Assembly (NCBI GenBank): GCA_902793315.1
Contig: CADBCT010000001.1
Location: 34,727-98,726, forward strand
Direction of reading: 5' to 3'
Origin: an uncultured Erysipelotrichaceae bacterium
GTDB taxonomy: Bacteria; Bacillota_I; Bacilli_A; RF39; UBA660
DNA length: 64,000 bases
Shown: positions 28,708 through 38,375 of the stretch, piece by piece
How positions within the stretch are numbered: the stretch's first letter is position 1
Layout of the letters: every line of letters starts with the position of its first letter
Made by a program: the position numbers and the translations under genes
Notes under the pieces: generated by a model
The model's input: only the letters and a program-made list of their open reading frames with translations
Database searches by the model: none
Told to the model about the DNA's origin: nothing

Positions 28708-29430
28708 TTATTTTTGTGATACTTGATATTCACTTTCTAAAGGTTTTATTACTTCATTTTCAAAAGTCTCAATATCTTCATAACCATAAGTAAATTCTGA
28801 TTTATCTTCAGTAAGATAATATTCAGGAGCTTCTATTTTTCCATTATCTAATTGAAAAACTATAGAACTTCCTTTCCTTAAGTCTTCATATTTGATAGGT
28901 ACATAGATAAAAACTCTATTTTTTTCAAAAGTCTTTTTATAACCTACTTTGTAAACTACATAAATTGTATTAGTCTTACCTTTTTTATCATATATAAGGT
29001 ATGTTTTTTGTCTTTTTCGTGAATCTAAATTAAAATCATTTAAATTATCATCATTTTCTCTTATTACAAAAGGAGCATTATTATCAAAATCACCATAATC
29101 TTCATTATTAAATTGAGCTACATCAGTATATAGTGATCCACCAGTAAAGGCACCTAAAATCTGAGAACCAATTATAATAAACATAACAATGCCAATGATT
29201 CCAATGATTCCAGCAACAATATAACTACCAATAAAAGCCTTTTTAGCTACCTTAAGAGGAGCTTGTAATTCGCTCAAATTAAATTGTTCAGCTATATTAT
29301 TAACATCTAACTTTTCATCTCTTTCAATTTCAAACGCTCTATGACAATACTCACATTTACAAGATTTAGCTGTTTCACTAAATTCTAAACTTCCTCCACA
29401 ATTAGGACATTTCTTTTCTATTAATTTCAT
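28708..29430 (-). CDS. Zinc-ribbon plus single-TM protein (long paralogue, with extracytoplasmic C-terminal domain)
   Basis: N-terminus MKLIEKKCPNCGGSLEF...CKCEYCHRAF (Cys4 ribbon), a TM helix at about residues 65-90, then a 150-aa C-terminal domain. Confidence 0.5.
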   Translation of the reverse strand: MKLIEKKCPNCGGSLEFSETAKSCKCEYCHRAFEIERDEKLDVNNIAEQFNLSELQAPLKVAKKAFIGSYIVAGIIGIIGIVMFIIIGSQILGAFTGGSLYTDVAQFNNEDYGDFDNNAPFVIRENDDNLNDFNLDSRKRQKTYLIYDKKGKTNTIYVVYKVGYKKTFEKNRVFIYVPIKYEDLRKGSSIVFQLDNGKIEAPEYYLTEDKSEFTYGYEDIETFENEVIKPLESEYQVSQK

Positions 29431-29447
29431 CTAATTACCTCCACAAA

Positions 29448-29744
29448 TTAACTTCCTATGATTGCAAATATAATAACACCTATTATTAATATAAATCCAA
29501 TAGTAAATATAATCATAAACGGTGTGTTTTTAGGCATCATTTTATCAAGTAACTTATTTGCAGCTTCCATGTTCTTTTCTAATTCTTTTAAATCAAACTG
29601 TTCAGCAAAATTTTCTACATCTAAAGTAGTATTTTTCTCAATCATAAAACTTCTATGGCAATAATTACAAGTACAAGATTTATCATTATCACCAAATTCC
29701 AATGACGCTCCACAATTAGGACATTTTTTTTCAATTAATTCCAT
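29448..29744 (-). CDS. Zinc-ribbon plus single-TM protein (short paralogue)
   Basis: MELIEKKCPNCGASLEF...CTCNYCHRSF followed by one C-terminal TM helix. About 60% identical over the ribbon to the downstream gene. Confidence 0.5.
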   Translation of the reverse strand: MELIEKKCPNCGASLEFGDNDKSCTCNYCHRSFMIEKNTTLDVENFAEQFDLKELEKNMEAANKLLDKMMPKNTPFMIIFTIGFILIIGVIIFAIIGS

Positions 29745-29823
29745 TTAATCACCTTAAAGAAATTATAACATTAAATATTTTATAAAACTAGACATTTAAG
29801 AATTATTTTGTTATAATACATAC

Positions 29824-29881
29824 GAGTATTTTAAATACTCCTTGCTATCAAGTGATAGCCATTAGTCCAAAAGGAGGTGCA
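29824..29881 (+). promoter_or_regulatory. Structured rpsF 5' leader (candidate S6:S18 autoregulatory element), downstream of a TGTTATAAT promoter
   Basis: Extended -10 TGTTATAAT at 29809-29817. Hairpins GAGTAT-TTTAAA-ATACTC (29824-29840) and CTATCA-AGT-GATAG (29845-29858) lie before the GGAGG RBS. Confidence 0.35.
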
Positions 29882-29884
29882 ATG

Positions 29885-30172
29885 ATGAATAAATACGAAA
29901 TAATGTTCATTGTTAGACCAGATATGGAAGAAGCTGAAATCAAGAATACAGCTGAAGCTATGAAAAAGGTTTTAACAGATGCAAAAGCAAAAGTAGTAGA
30001 TGAAAAAGCAATGGGACAAAAAGAATTAGCTTACGAAATTAAAAAATATACTACAGGATATTATTATTTATTAGTAGTAGAAGCTTCTAAAGAAGCAGAA
30101 CAAGAATTTAATCGTGTAGCTAGAATCAATGAAAATCTACTTCGTCATTTAATCGTAAAAGTAGAAGATTAA
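29885..30172 (+). CDS. rpsF: 30S ribosomal protein S6
   Basis: MNKYEIMFIVRPDMEE...is S6. Start chosen 7 nt after GGAGGT. The ORF-track start 29852 has no RBS. Confidence 0.92.
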   Translation: MNKYEIMFIVRPDMEEAEIKNTAEAMKKVLTDAKAKVVDEKAMGQKELAYEIKKYTTGYYYLLVVEASKEAEQEFNRVARINENLLRHLIVKVED

Positions 30173-30191
30173 GAAAAAAAGAGGTAATGTT

Positions 30192-30665
30192 ATGAATAAA
30201 GTATTTTTAATAGGAAGATTAACAAGAGATCCAGAATTAAGATATACAGGTAATAATACTCCTGTTGCTACATTTTCACTTGCTGTAAATAGAAATTTTT
30301 CTAATCAACAAGGAGAAAGAGAAGCAGATTTTATTAACATAGTGGTATGGAGAAAACAAGCAGAGAATGTTAAGAATTATCTTTCTCAAGGTAGTCAAGT
30401 AGCTATCGATGGTAGAATTCAAACTAGAAGCTATGATGATAAAGATGGCCAAAAAAGATATGTAACAGAAGTAGTTGCTGATAATGTTGAATTTTTAGGA
30501 TCAAAGAATTCCTCAAATAATAGTTCAAATGGATCACATAATGAGGAACCTACACCATATGATTTTGGAGATGAAAAAGAACCAAAAGGTACGGATGTAG
30601 ATAGTAATCCATTTGCCGATTTCGGATCAAGTATCGAAATTAGTGATGATGAATTACCATTCTAA
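30192..30665 (+). CDS. ssb: Single-stranded DNA-binding protein
   Basis: OB-fold [19 protein letters not shown], acidic C-terminal tail DDELPF. Conserved rpsF-ssb-rpsR order. Confidence 0.93.
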   Translation: MNKVFLIGRLTRDPELRYTGNNTPVATFSLAVNRNFSNQQGEREADFINIVVWRKQAENVKNYLSQGSQVAIDGRIQTRSYDDKDGQKRYVTEVVADNVEFLGSKNSSNNSSNGSHNEEPTPYDFGDEKEPKGTDVDSNPFADFGSSIEISDDELPF

Positions 30666-30679
30666 AAAGGAGGGAAATT

Positions 30680-30895
30680 ATGGCAGAATTCAATCGTAAA
30701 AAGAAAAAAGTATGTGCTATGTGTACTGGTAAAACAGTTGATTATAAAGATGTAGAAACATTAAAGAGATATACAAATGAAAAGGGAAAAATTGTTCCAA
30801 GACGTGTAACAGGAAACTGTGCATTACATCAAAGATATATTTCAAAGCAAATAAAAAGAGCTCGTGCAATAGCATTAATGCCTTATTCAAGATAA
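30680..30895 (+). CDS. rpsR: 30S ribosomal protein S18
   Basis: 71 aa. ...[41 protein letters not shown]. Confidence 0.93.
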   Translation: MAEFNRKKKKVCAMCTGKTVDYKDVETLKRYTNEKGKIVPRRVTGNCALHQRYISKQIKRARAIALMPYSR

Positions 30896-30982
30896 AATTT
30901 AATATTTTATCTTTTTTTTTTAAATATATTGAAAAAAAATCCTAAAATTAGTATACTTTGTATAGATAGTAGGAGAATTAAA

Positions 30983-31975
30983 ATGAGAACAAATAATAAA
31001 AGAAAAATTATGATAATAGTAACGATTGTTTTATTACTTGCAATTAGTATTGGATATGCAGCAATACAATCTACATTGAATATAACAGGAACAGCTGGTA
31101 TCAATAATCCCACTTGGAATATTCATTGGGAAAATGTCCAGATAACTAGTGGAAGTGTTAGTACTAGTAATGCAAATAAAGCTACTATTGATGCTGCAGG
31201 AACAACAGTTAATTATACTATTTCATTACCTAATCCAGGAGATTTCTATGAATTTACTGTAGATGCAGTAAATTCTGGAACAATTGATGGTATGATTTCT
31301 TCAGTAACATCAAAGCGTAATGGAGCAACTATTACTACATTACCTGACTACTTAGAATATTCAGTAAAATATGCAGATGGAATAGCTATTCAAGAAAATC
31401 ATTTATTAGCTGCTGGAGATAGCGAGTCTTTTCGAGTAAGAATTGCTTATAAATCAAATATTGATGCTAGTCAAATGCCTTCAACAGCAGAATCAATGAC
31501 TTTTAGTTTCACAGTTACTTATCAACAAGCTAATAATAGTGCTCAAAGTATAAGAGATTATCTTTATAGAGATAATGATAATACTGTATCAATTGGAGAT
31601 TCATCATCAAGTTTAGGAACAACATATACTAGTTATGAGGGATTATCTAGTGTTACAGGATCAACAGTATTCTTAAGACATAAGATAAAAAATGGTTTGG
31701 TGGATACAGCTGAAATAGGATTTGTTTATGAAGGAAACGTTTATTATTTAAGAGGTGGAGTAAACGAATCAGGAGAAGACGACAAGCCAATTTATGAAGC
31801 TAATATAGGAGCAATTAATGCTAGTACAGTAGCAACATGTACTTATCCTTCAACTCGTTGTATGTTCAGTAAGTCAGGAACAGCAGGAATGATATATCCA
31901 TCTGGACAAGTATATGTATCAGCAGGTGGATTAAGGTGTGATGTTACTACTGAGGGTGATTCATATTGTCATTAA
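30983..31975 (+). CDS. Hypothetical secreted/membrane-anchored Ser/Thr/Gly-rich protein
   Basis: Start at MRTNNKRKIMIIVTIVLLLAISIGYAA (GTAGGAGAAT RBS). N-terminal signal/anchor, no other recognisable motifs. Occupies the slot of yybS in the B. subtilis rpsR-yybS-gdpP-rplI arrangement. Confidence 0.45.
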   Translation: MRTNNKRKIMIIVTIVLLLAISIGYAAIQSTLNITGTAGINNPTWNIHWENVQITSGSVSTSNANKATIDAAGTTVNYTISLPNPGDFYEFTVDAVNSGTIDGMISSVTSKRNGATITTLPDYLEYSVKYADGIAIQENHLLAAGDSESFRVRIAYKSNIDASQMPSTAESMTFSFTVTYQQANNSAQSIRDYLYRDNDNTVSIGDSSSSLGTTYTSYEGLSSVTGSTVFLRHKIKNGLVDTAEIGFVYEGNVYYLRGGVNESGEDDKPIYEANIGAINASTVATCTYPSTRCMFSKSGTAGMIYPSGQVYVSAGGLRCDVTTEGDSYCH

Positions 31976-31997
31976 TAGTAAATAAAAAAAGATAAGT

Positions 31998-32029
31998 AAA
32001 AAACAAGATTATTAAATCTTGTTTTTTTT
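31998..32029 (+). terminator. Rho-independent terminator
   Basis: AACAAGATT-ATTAA-AATCTTGTT followed by T8. Confidence 0.7.
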
Positions 32030-32107
32030 GATAATTTTAAATAGTGATTTATTAGACAAAAATACTAATCTATTATATAATAATAATGAGTTCTTATAGG
32101 AGGAATT

Positions 32108-33094
32108 ATGAGTATAGTTAATGAAAGAAGAAAAATTAATAAAGCTATAAATAAAGCTAAACATGTATTTTTAATGGCTCATAAAGACTTAGACTTAGAT
32201 GCACTAGGTAGTTCTATTGGAATGTATATGATTTTAAAGCGCCGTAAAAAGAAAAGCTTTATAGTCATCGATGATAAAACACATGAACCAGGTGTTGAGA
32301 AAGTTTTAAGAGAATTAGATGGGGTTATTGAAGTAATTAAGAGTGAAAATATAGAAGAATATATGTTTCCTAATGAAAGCAAAAATTTACTAGTAATACT
32401 AGATACTAATAAAAGTGAATTAGTTCAAGCGCCAGAGTTATTAAAGAAATTTGATAATAAATTGATTATTGATCATCATGATCTTGGTAAAACATCAATT
32501 AAAGATGGGATTATGATTAATGATAATAAAGTATCTAGTACTTGTGAGATGGTTACTAGTTTAATTGAATATTATGATGTTGAGATTGATTCATATTATG
32601 CTACCATTCTTTTATCAGGTATAGTTCTTGATACTAATAACTATACATTGAATACTACAGCTGAAACATTTTATACATCATATTATTTAACATCATTAGG
32701 AGCAAGTGCCAAAAAAGTTCAATATTTATTGAAACAAGATATTGTTGAATATACTGAACGACAAAAATTAATGGCTGCAATTGAGACTTTAGAAGGTAAT
32801 GTTGCATTTACTAAAGCTACTCAAAATACTATTTATAGAAGAGAAGATTTAGCTAAAGTGGCAGAGACATTATTATTCTTTAATAATATTGAAGCTTCTT
32901 TTGTAGTAGGAAGAATAGGAAAGGATACTATTGGTGTTAGTGCAAGAAGCTTAGGAAACTATGATATTACTAAGGTTTTAACCAAAGTTGGTGGCGGAGG
33001 AGATACTTATAGTGGAGCTGCTAAATTTGAAGATAGCACTGTTAATAAAGTAGCACAAGAAATTAAAGCAATAATTAAAGAAGAAGGCGAGTAA
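32108..33094 (+). CDS. DHH/DHHA1 family phosphoesterase (standalone, NrnA/GdpP catalytic-domain-like)
   Basis: DHH motif [13 protein letters not shown]1 glycine-rich motif [15 protein letters not shown]. Only 328 aa. Sits where the 659-aa GdpP (YybT) sits in B. subtilis, immediately upstream of rplI. Confidence 0.7.
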   Translation: MSIVNERRKINKAINKAKHVFLMAHKDLDLDALGSSIGMYMILKRRKKKSFIVIDDKTHEPGVEKVLRELDGVIEVIKSENIEEYMFPNESKNLLVILDTNKSELVQAPELLKKFDNKLIIDHHDLGKTSIKDGIMINDNKVSSTCEMVTSLIEYYDVEIDSYYATILLSGIVLDTNNYTLNTTAETFYTSYYLTSLGASAKKVQYLLKQDIVEYTERQKLMAAIETLEGNVAFTKATQNTIYRREDLAKVAETLLFFNNIEASFVVGRIGKDTIGVSARSLGNYDITKVLTKVGGGGDTYSGAAKFEDSTVNKVAQEIKAIIKEEGE

Positions 33095-33095
33095 A

Positions 33096-33536
33096 ATGGA
33101 AGTAATTTTTATCAAAGATTTAAAGAATCAGGGTAAAAAGGGGCAAATAAAAAACGTCAAAGATGGTTATGCTGAAAACTTTTTGATTAAAAATGGATAT
33201 GCTGTCAAGAAAACAAAAGAAAATCTTGCTAAATTAGAACATGAAAAAGCAAAAAAAGCTAAAGAAGAAGAAATAAATAAAGAAAATGCTAAGAAAATGA
33301 AAGAGGCTTTATCAAAAGAAACATTGGAATTCAAGGTAAAAACAGGTGCTGGAGATAAAGTTTTTGGAAGTATTAGCGTTAAACAAATAAAAGATGAATT
33401 AGAAAAAAAGGGATATAAAGTAGAAAAAAATATGATAGATATTGATGGTTCAATTTCAACACTAGGTTTCCATAGTGTTAAAATTAATCTTCATCAAGAT
33501 ATAGTTGCAGTTATAAAAGTTCATGTAATAAAGTAG
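33096..33536 (+). CDS. rplI: 50S ribosomal protein L9
   Basis: [37 protein letters not shown] is the L9 N-domain. 146 aa. Confidence 0.93.
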   Translation: MEVIFIKDLKNQGKKGQIKNVKDGYAENFLIKNGYAVKKTKENLAKLEHEKAKKAKEEEINKENAKKMKEALSKETLEFKVKTGAGDKVFGSISVKQIKDELEKKGYKVEKNMIDIDGSISTLGFHSVKINLHQDIVAVIKVHVIK

Positions 33537-33546
33537 AGGTGATAAA

Positions 33547-34914
33547 ATGCCAACAAAGGTATTACCCCACAATTTAGAAGCAGAGCAAGCCGTTTTGGGA
33601 TCATGTTTTCTATCAAAGTATGCTATTCAAAAAGCTGCTGAAAGATTGATGCCAGAATCTTTTTATAGTGAAAAAAATGGTAAAATATTTTCTGCTATGA
33701 CAACTTTATTAGATGAAAATACACCAATTGATGTTACAACAGTAACAAGTATTTTACAAAAGAAAAATGAAATAAGTGCTGTTGGAGGGGTAGAATATTT
33801 AACAGAGATATTAAACTATGTACCAACAGCTGCTAATATAGACTTTTATCTTCAAGCAGTTGAAGAATCAGCTATTTTAAGGAACTTGATAGAAACAGCT
33901 ACTGAAATAGCTTCAGATGGTTATCGAACTGATGAAACAGTAAATGAAATTTTAGATAGTTCTGAAAAGAAAATATTAAATATTGTAAAGAAGAGAACTA
34001 GTAGTGAATTTAGACCAATAAAAGATGTAGTAGCAAAAGTTCAAGAAGATTTAGAAACTTTATCTGAGCAAAAAAGAGAAATAACGGGTTTAGCTACTGG
34101 ATGGTATGATTTTGATAGGATTACTACAGGATTACATCCTAATGAATTGATTATTTTAGCCGCTAGACCAGCTGTTGGAAAAACAGCCTTTGCTTTAAAT
34201 ATAGCTACACATGTAGCTATGACACAGGATAAATCTGTAGTATTGTTCAACTTAGAAATGAATGCAGAACAATTAGCTATGCGTATCTTATCATCTTTAG
34301 GGCAAGTAGATGGGTTTAAACTTAGAACAGGTAATTTATTAAATCAAGATTGGAAGAGAATTAATGAAGCTGCTGCTCAATTATCTTCATCAAATTTAAT
34401 AATTGAAGATACTGCTGGAATAACTATTGGTGAATTAAGAGCTAAATGCCGTAGATTAGCTAGTAGTGAAAAGGGATTAGCTTTAATCATAGTCGACTAT
34501 TTACAATTATTATCAGGTGGAAAGAACTATGGAGCTAATCGTCAACAAGAAGTTTCAGATATTTCAAGAAGTTTAAAGACCTTGGCACTAGAATTAGGAG
34601 TTCCAATAATAGCACTATCACAATTATCACGTAGTGTAGATCAAAGAGAAGATAAAAGACCGGTATTAAGTGACTTAAGGGATTCAGGATCAATTGAACA
34701 AGATGCTGATATTGTTACATTCTTATACCGTGATGACTACTATAAAAATACAGATATATCAAAAACTGATGATAATAGTATAATTGAAGTAAATATAGCT
34801 AAGCATCGTAGTGGACCTACAGCTAGAATAGAGCTATTATTTAAGAAAAATACATCAACATTCTTAAATTTAAGAAAAGATAATAAAAATATGGAGGAAA
34901 AATCAAGTGAATAA
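33547..34914 (+). CDS. dnaB: Replicative DNA helicase (DnaB family; DnaC in B. subtilis nomenclature)
   Basis: 455 aa. N-terminal LPHNLEAEQAVLGS, Walker A ARPAVGKTAFALN, Walker B LIIVDYLQLL, RecA-like fold. Confidence 0.93.
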   Translation: MPTKVLPHNLEAEQAVLGSCFLSKYAIQKAAERLMPESFYSEKNGKIFSAMTTLLDENTPIDVTTVTSILQKKNEISAVGGVEYLTEILNYVPTAANIDFYLQAVEESAILRNLIETATEIASDGYRTDETVNEILDSSEKKILNIVKKRTSSEFRPIKDVVAKVQEDLETLSEQKREITGLATGWYDFDRITTGLHPNELIILAARPAVGKTAFALNIATHVAMTQDKSVVLFNLEMNAEQLAMRILSSLGQVDGFKLRTGNLLNQDWKRINEAAAQLSSSNLIIEDTAGITIGELRAKCRRLASSEKGLALIIVDYLQLLSGGKNYGANRQQEVSDISRSLKTLALELGVPIIALSQLSRSVDQREDKRPVLSDLRDSGSIEQDADIVTFLYRDDYYKNTDISKTDDNSIIEVNIAKHRSGPTARIELLFKKNTSTFLNLRKDNKNMEEKSSE

Positions 34915-36409
34915 AAATATTAAGATTATAATGACAATACTTTTATTATTTTCACTAGTGATTACTACCGGTTTTACCAATATTAATAACGAACCACATA
35001 CAGTTTATCGAGTTTATTTAAAAGGTAAATCTTTAGGACTTATTAAGTCAAAAAATTCTTTTGAGAATTATATTGATGAAAAACAGGAAGAAATAAAAAG
35101 AAAGTATAATGTTAATAAGGTTTATGCTCCTACTGATTTAGATATTGAAAAAGAAATAACTTTTAGTAATGAATTAAAAACAAATAAAGAAGTTTATGAA
35201 GAAATAAAAGATATTTCACCTTTTACTATCGATGGTTATATTGTTAAAATCAGAGGTATTGAAACAAAGAATGAAAAGGGTAAGACGGAAAAGCCAAAAA
35301 CTCAAAGTATCTATGTATTGAAGAAAGAAGTTTTTACTAATTCAATAGAAAAGACAGCTAAATCATTCATTAAACCTGAAGATTATGATAACTTTGCTAA
35401 TAATACTCAAAAAGAAATACAAGATACAGGGAAAATAATTGAGGCAATATACATAAAAAATAAGATTACAATTAAACGAGCAAAGATACCTGTAGATAAG
35501 CAAATTTATGAATCAGAGGATGATTTAAGTAAGTATTTATTATTTGGTACAACAGAAGATCAAGCTAAATATACAATTAAAGATGGAGATACTATTAGTG
35601 ATGTAGCATTTAATAATAAAATATCAGTAGAAGAATTTTTAATAGCTAATCCTGATTTACAAGATGAAAACAGCTTATTATCACCAGGTCAAGTTGTAAC
35701 TTTGGGTATTTTAAAACCACAATTTAGTTTAGTAGAAGAAGATCATGTGGTAAAAAGAGAGCAAAAGAAGTATAACACTGAAACAAGATATGACAATAAT
35801 CAATTAGTGGGATATGAAAAAGTACTTCAAAAAGGAGTAGCTGGAGAAAATAAAGTTACTCAGAAAGTTCAAAAAATCAATGGAGAAACAGTAAATGCAG
35901 TTACTACTTCGACAGAAATAATAAAGGATCCAATTAATGAAATTATTATTAAAGGTGGTAAAAAATCATATTATTCAGAATACTATGGTGGAGGATATGG
36001 TACTGTAGTTGCAACAAGAGGTCAATGGGGATGGCCAGCATCTTGCTCAAGTGTTTCAAGTCCATTTGGTTGGCGTTGGGGATCATTCCATGATGGTACT
36101 GATATTAATGGTTGTGGATATGGATCAAATATCTTTGCAGCTCAATCAGGAACAGTAGTTCAATCAAGTTATAAATATGATAATGGACAATTCATCACTA
36201 TTGATCATCATAATGGATACTATTCTATGTATGCACATTTATGTAATGGTTGTCGCTATGTAAAAGCTGGTGACTATGTAGAAAAAGGACAAGTTATAGG
36301 TGGAATGGGACAAACTGGTTTTGCAACAGGAGTACATTTACACTTTGCTATTTGGAAAGGTTATCCATATCGTGGAGGCGTAGCACTAAATGCTATGAGT
36401 TTCTATTAA
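34907..36409 (+). CDS. LysM-domain M23 family metallopeptidase
   Basis: Signal/TM N-terminus, LysM (YTIKDGDTISDVAFNNKISVEEFLIANP), C-terminal M23 LytM motifs (HDGTDING, HLHFAIW). Confidence 0.7.
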   Translation: MNKNIKIIMTILLLFSLVITTGFTNINNEPHTVYRVYLKGKSLGLIKSKNSFENYIDEKQEEIKRKYNVNKVYAPTDLDIEKEITFSNELKTNKEVYEEIKDISPFTIDGYIVKIRGIETKNEKGKTEKPKTQSIYVLKKEVFTNSIEKTAKSFIKPEDYDNFANNTQKEIQDTGKIIEAIYIKNKITIKRAKIPVDKQIYESEDDLSKYLLFGTTEDQAKYTIKDGDTISDVAFNNKISVEEFLIANPDLQDENSLLSPGQVVTLGILKPQFSLVEEDHVVKREQKKYNTETRYDNNQLVGYEKVLQKGVAGENKVTQKVQKINGETVNAVTTSTEIIKDPINEIIIKGGKKSYYSEYYGGGYGTVVATRGQWGWPASCSSVSSPFGWRWGSFHDGTDINGCGYGSNIFAAQSGTVVQSSYKYDNGQFITIDHHNGYYSMYAHLCNGCRYVKAGDYVEKGQVIGGMGQTGFATGVHLHFAIWKGYPYRGGVALNAMSFY

Positions 36410-36410
36410 A

Positions 36411-37166
36411 ATGAAGTTTAAAATTATCGCAAGTGGATCAAAAGGAAATTGTACAATAGTGCTATGTGATAATACTAATTTAATAATTGATATGGGAATT
36501 TCTTACTTAACTTTAAAAAGAAGTTTAGAAGAAAATTCCCTTTCTTTTACTAATTTTTCAGGGATTCTCATAACACATTGTCATAATGACCACATAAAAG
36601 GATTAGGAGCTCTTTTAAAGCATACTAAATTAAATATTTATATCCCCAAAGAAATGTATGAAAGCCTTAAAGAATATGTTGAATTAGATAGATGTATTTT
36701 TATTGAAGATAACTTTATGATTAATGATATTAATATAGAGTTAATTCATACTTCACATGATGTTCCTTATTCAGTAGGTTATATCATAAATTATTTAAAT
36801 AAGAGCTTAGTTTATGTGACTGATACCGGTTATATAAATAGAAAGTATTTAAATAAAATGATAGATAAAAATGCTTATATAATAGAAAGTAACCATGATG
36901 AAATAATGTTAATGGATGGTCCATATCCTAGATTCTTAAAAGAAAGAGTAATTAGTGATCAAGGGCATCTATCTAATAAAACAACAGCTAAGTATTTAAA
37001 AAAAGTAATTGGTAAAAATACCAAACTAGTAGTTTTAGCACATCTAAGTGAAAAAAATAATACTCCAGAAAAAGCATTAGAAGCGATGCAAGAAGTAGGA
37101 ATAGATAAATCAGTAGATATAATGATTGCTAAGCAATATGAAGAATCCACAATAATAGAGGTGTAG
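36411..37166 (+). CDS. MBL-fold metallo-hydrolase (YycJ/WalJ-like)
   Basis: HxHxDH motif (THCHNDHIKG), conserved His/Asp downstream. 251 aa. Confidence 0.7.
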   Translation: MKFKIIASGSKGNCTIVLCDNTNLIIDMGISYLTLKRSLEENSLSFTNFSGILITHCHNDHIKGLGALLKHTKLNIYIPKEMYESLKEYVELDRCIFIEDNFMINDINIELIHTSHDVPYSVGYIINYLNKSLVYVTDTGYINRKYLNKMIDKNAYIIESNHDEIMLMDGPYPRFLKERVISDQGHLSNKTTAKYLKKVIGKNTKLVVLAHLSEKNNTPEKALEAMQEVGIDKSVDIMIAKQYEESTIIEV

Positions 37167-37167
37167 T

Positions 37168-37980
37168 ATGAAAAAAATAACAATTGATGATTTACCAGAG
37201 AATAGTTTTTTTCATTTTACACATATAAGTAATATAGAAGATATTAAGGAAAATGGTTTAAAATCAACTGTTGGAGAGAATTCTGCAGGAATAGAAAATA
37301 CACCTAAAGTATTCTTTAGTGTTGGTGAAATAGGAATTCTTGAAATAATGGAAGTATGGTTAAGAATTCTAATCAATAAAATATATGGATCTAAAGACAT
37401 CTTAAATCTTTATAATTATGAAAGATATGAAGAAAAACAAGAAAGATTAATTACTTGGGCAGATGAATTTATATCTCAGAAATATTTAGATGATTCTATT
37501 AGAAAAGGTCTATTATTTGAATACTTCTATAACTATTTAAAAGAAAGAATTTATCTAGTATTAGATATTGAAGAGGGGAAAGATTATTTGATAGATGATT
37601 TAGATGAACATAAAGCTAAATTGAATAATGAACAAGCTTCTCTTGAATATCTAATTGCCAAAGAACAATATGGGCCATTTAGTGATTTTAATACTAATCA
37701 AGTAGACAATTGGAATATGCATACAAAAACTAATACTTCTATTAGTAGAGATAAAATAAAGCAAGTAACTACTAATATTGGAGAAGAAGATGTTTTATCA
37801 ATAGTTCTAGAAGTATATGCCAAGAATAAATGGAAAATAGAGTATAGGTTACTATTAGATGATTTTATAGAATATGCTAAAAATAAAGAATTAATAAAAG
37901 AAGGTCGAGAATATGATCAAAATAATAACAGTAGGATTTATAAAAGAAAAGTACTTACAAGAAGCGATAAAAGAATATAA
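37168..37980 (+). CDS. Hypothetical cytoplasmic protein
   Basis: 270-aa ORF with AT-biased but coding-like composition. No recognisable motifs. Its last 68 nt overlap rlmH. Confidence 0.35.
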   Translation: MKKITIDDLPENSFFHFTHISNIEDIKENGLKSTVGENSAGIENTPKVFFSVGEIGILEIMEVWLRILINKIYGSKDILNLYNYERYEEKQERLITWADEFISQKYLDDSIRKGLLFEYFYNYLKERIYLVLDIEEGKDYLIDDLDEHKAKLNNEQASLEYLIAKEQYGPFSDFNTNQVDNWNMHTKTNTSISRDKIKQVTTNIGEEDVLSIVLEVYAKNKWKIEYRLLLDDFIEYAKNKELIKEGREYDQNNNSRIYKRKVLTRSDKRI

Positions 37981-38368
37981 AAAAAGAATTTCTAAGTATA
38001 CAAACTTGGAAATTATTGAAATAAAGGATGAGGGTTTAGTTGAGAAAACAAAAGCTATTTCCCTAGAAGCTTCTAAAATAGAGAAGTATCTTAATGAAAA
38101 AGATTATGTAATTACTTTAGAGATTGAAGGTGAAGAGTATTCATCTCCTGAATTTGCTGAAAAAATAAGAAAAGTTTTAATTAAGAATAGTAATATAACT
38201 TTTGTTATAGGAGGAAGTTACGGCTTAGCTGATAGTATTAAGAATAAAGCTAATATGCATTTATCTTTCTCAAAGATGACTTTTCCTCATCAGCTGTTTA
38301 GAGTAATTCTTTTAGAACAAATATATAGAGCTTATAAAATTAATAATAATGAAAGTTATCATAAGTAG
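37913..38368 (+). CDS. rlmH: 23S rRNA (pseudouridine1915-N3)-methyltransferase RlmH
   Basis: MIKIITVGFIKEKYLQEAIKEYKKRISKY...FVIGGSYGL...MTFPHQLFRVILLEQIYRAYKI is the SPOUT RlmH family. Confidence 0.88.
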   Translation: MIKIITVGFIKEKYLQEAIKEYKKRISKYTNLEIIEIKDEGLVEKTKAISLEASKIEKYLNEKDYVITLEIEGEEYSSPEFAEKIRKVLIKNSNITFVIGGSYGLADSIKNKANMHLSFSKMTFPHQLFRVILLEQIYRAYKINNNESYHK

Positions 38369-38375
38369 GTGAAAT

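Noticed and set aside
29852-29884. Upstream start of rpsF (MIAISPKGGAMM...)
   Set aside because: The extension would be translated from within the structured leader and through the RBS. Canonical S6 begins MNKYEIMF.
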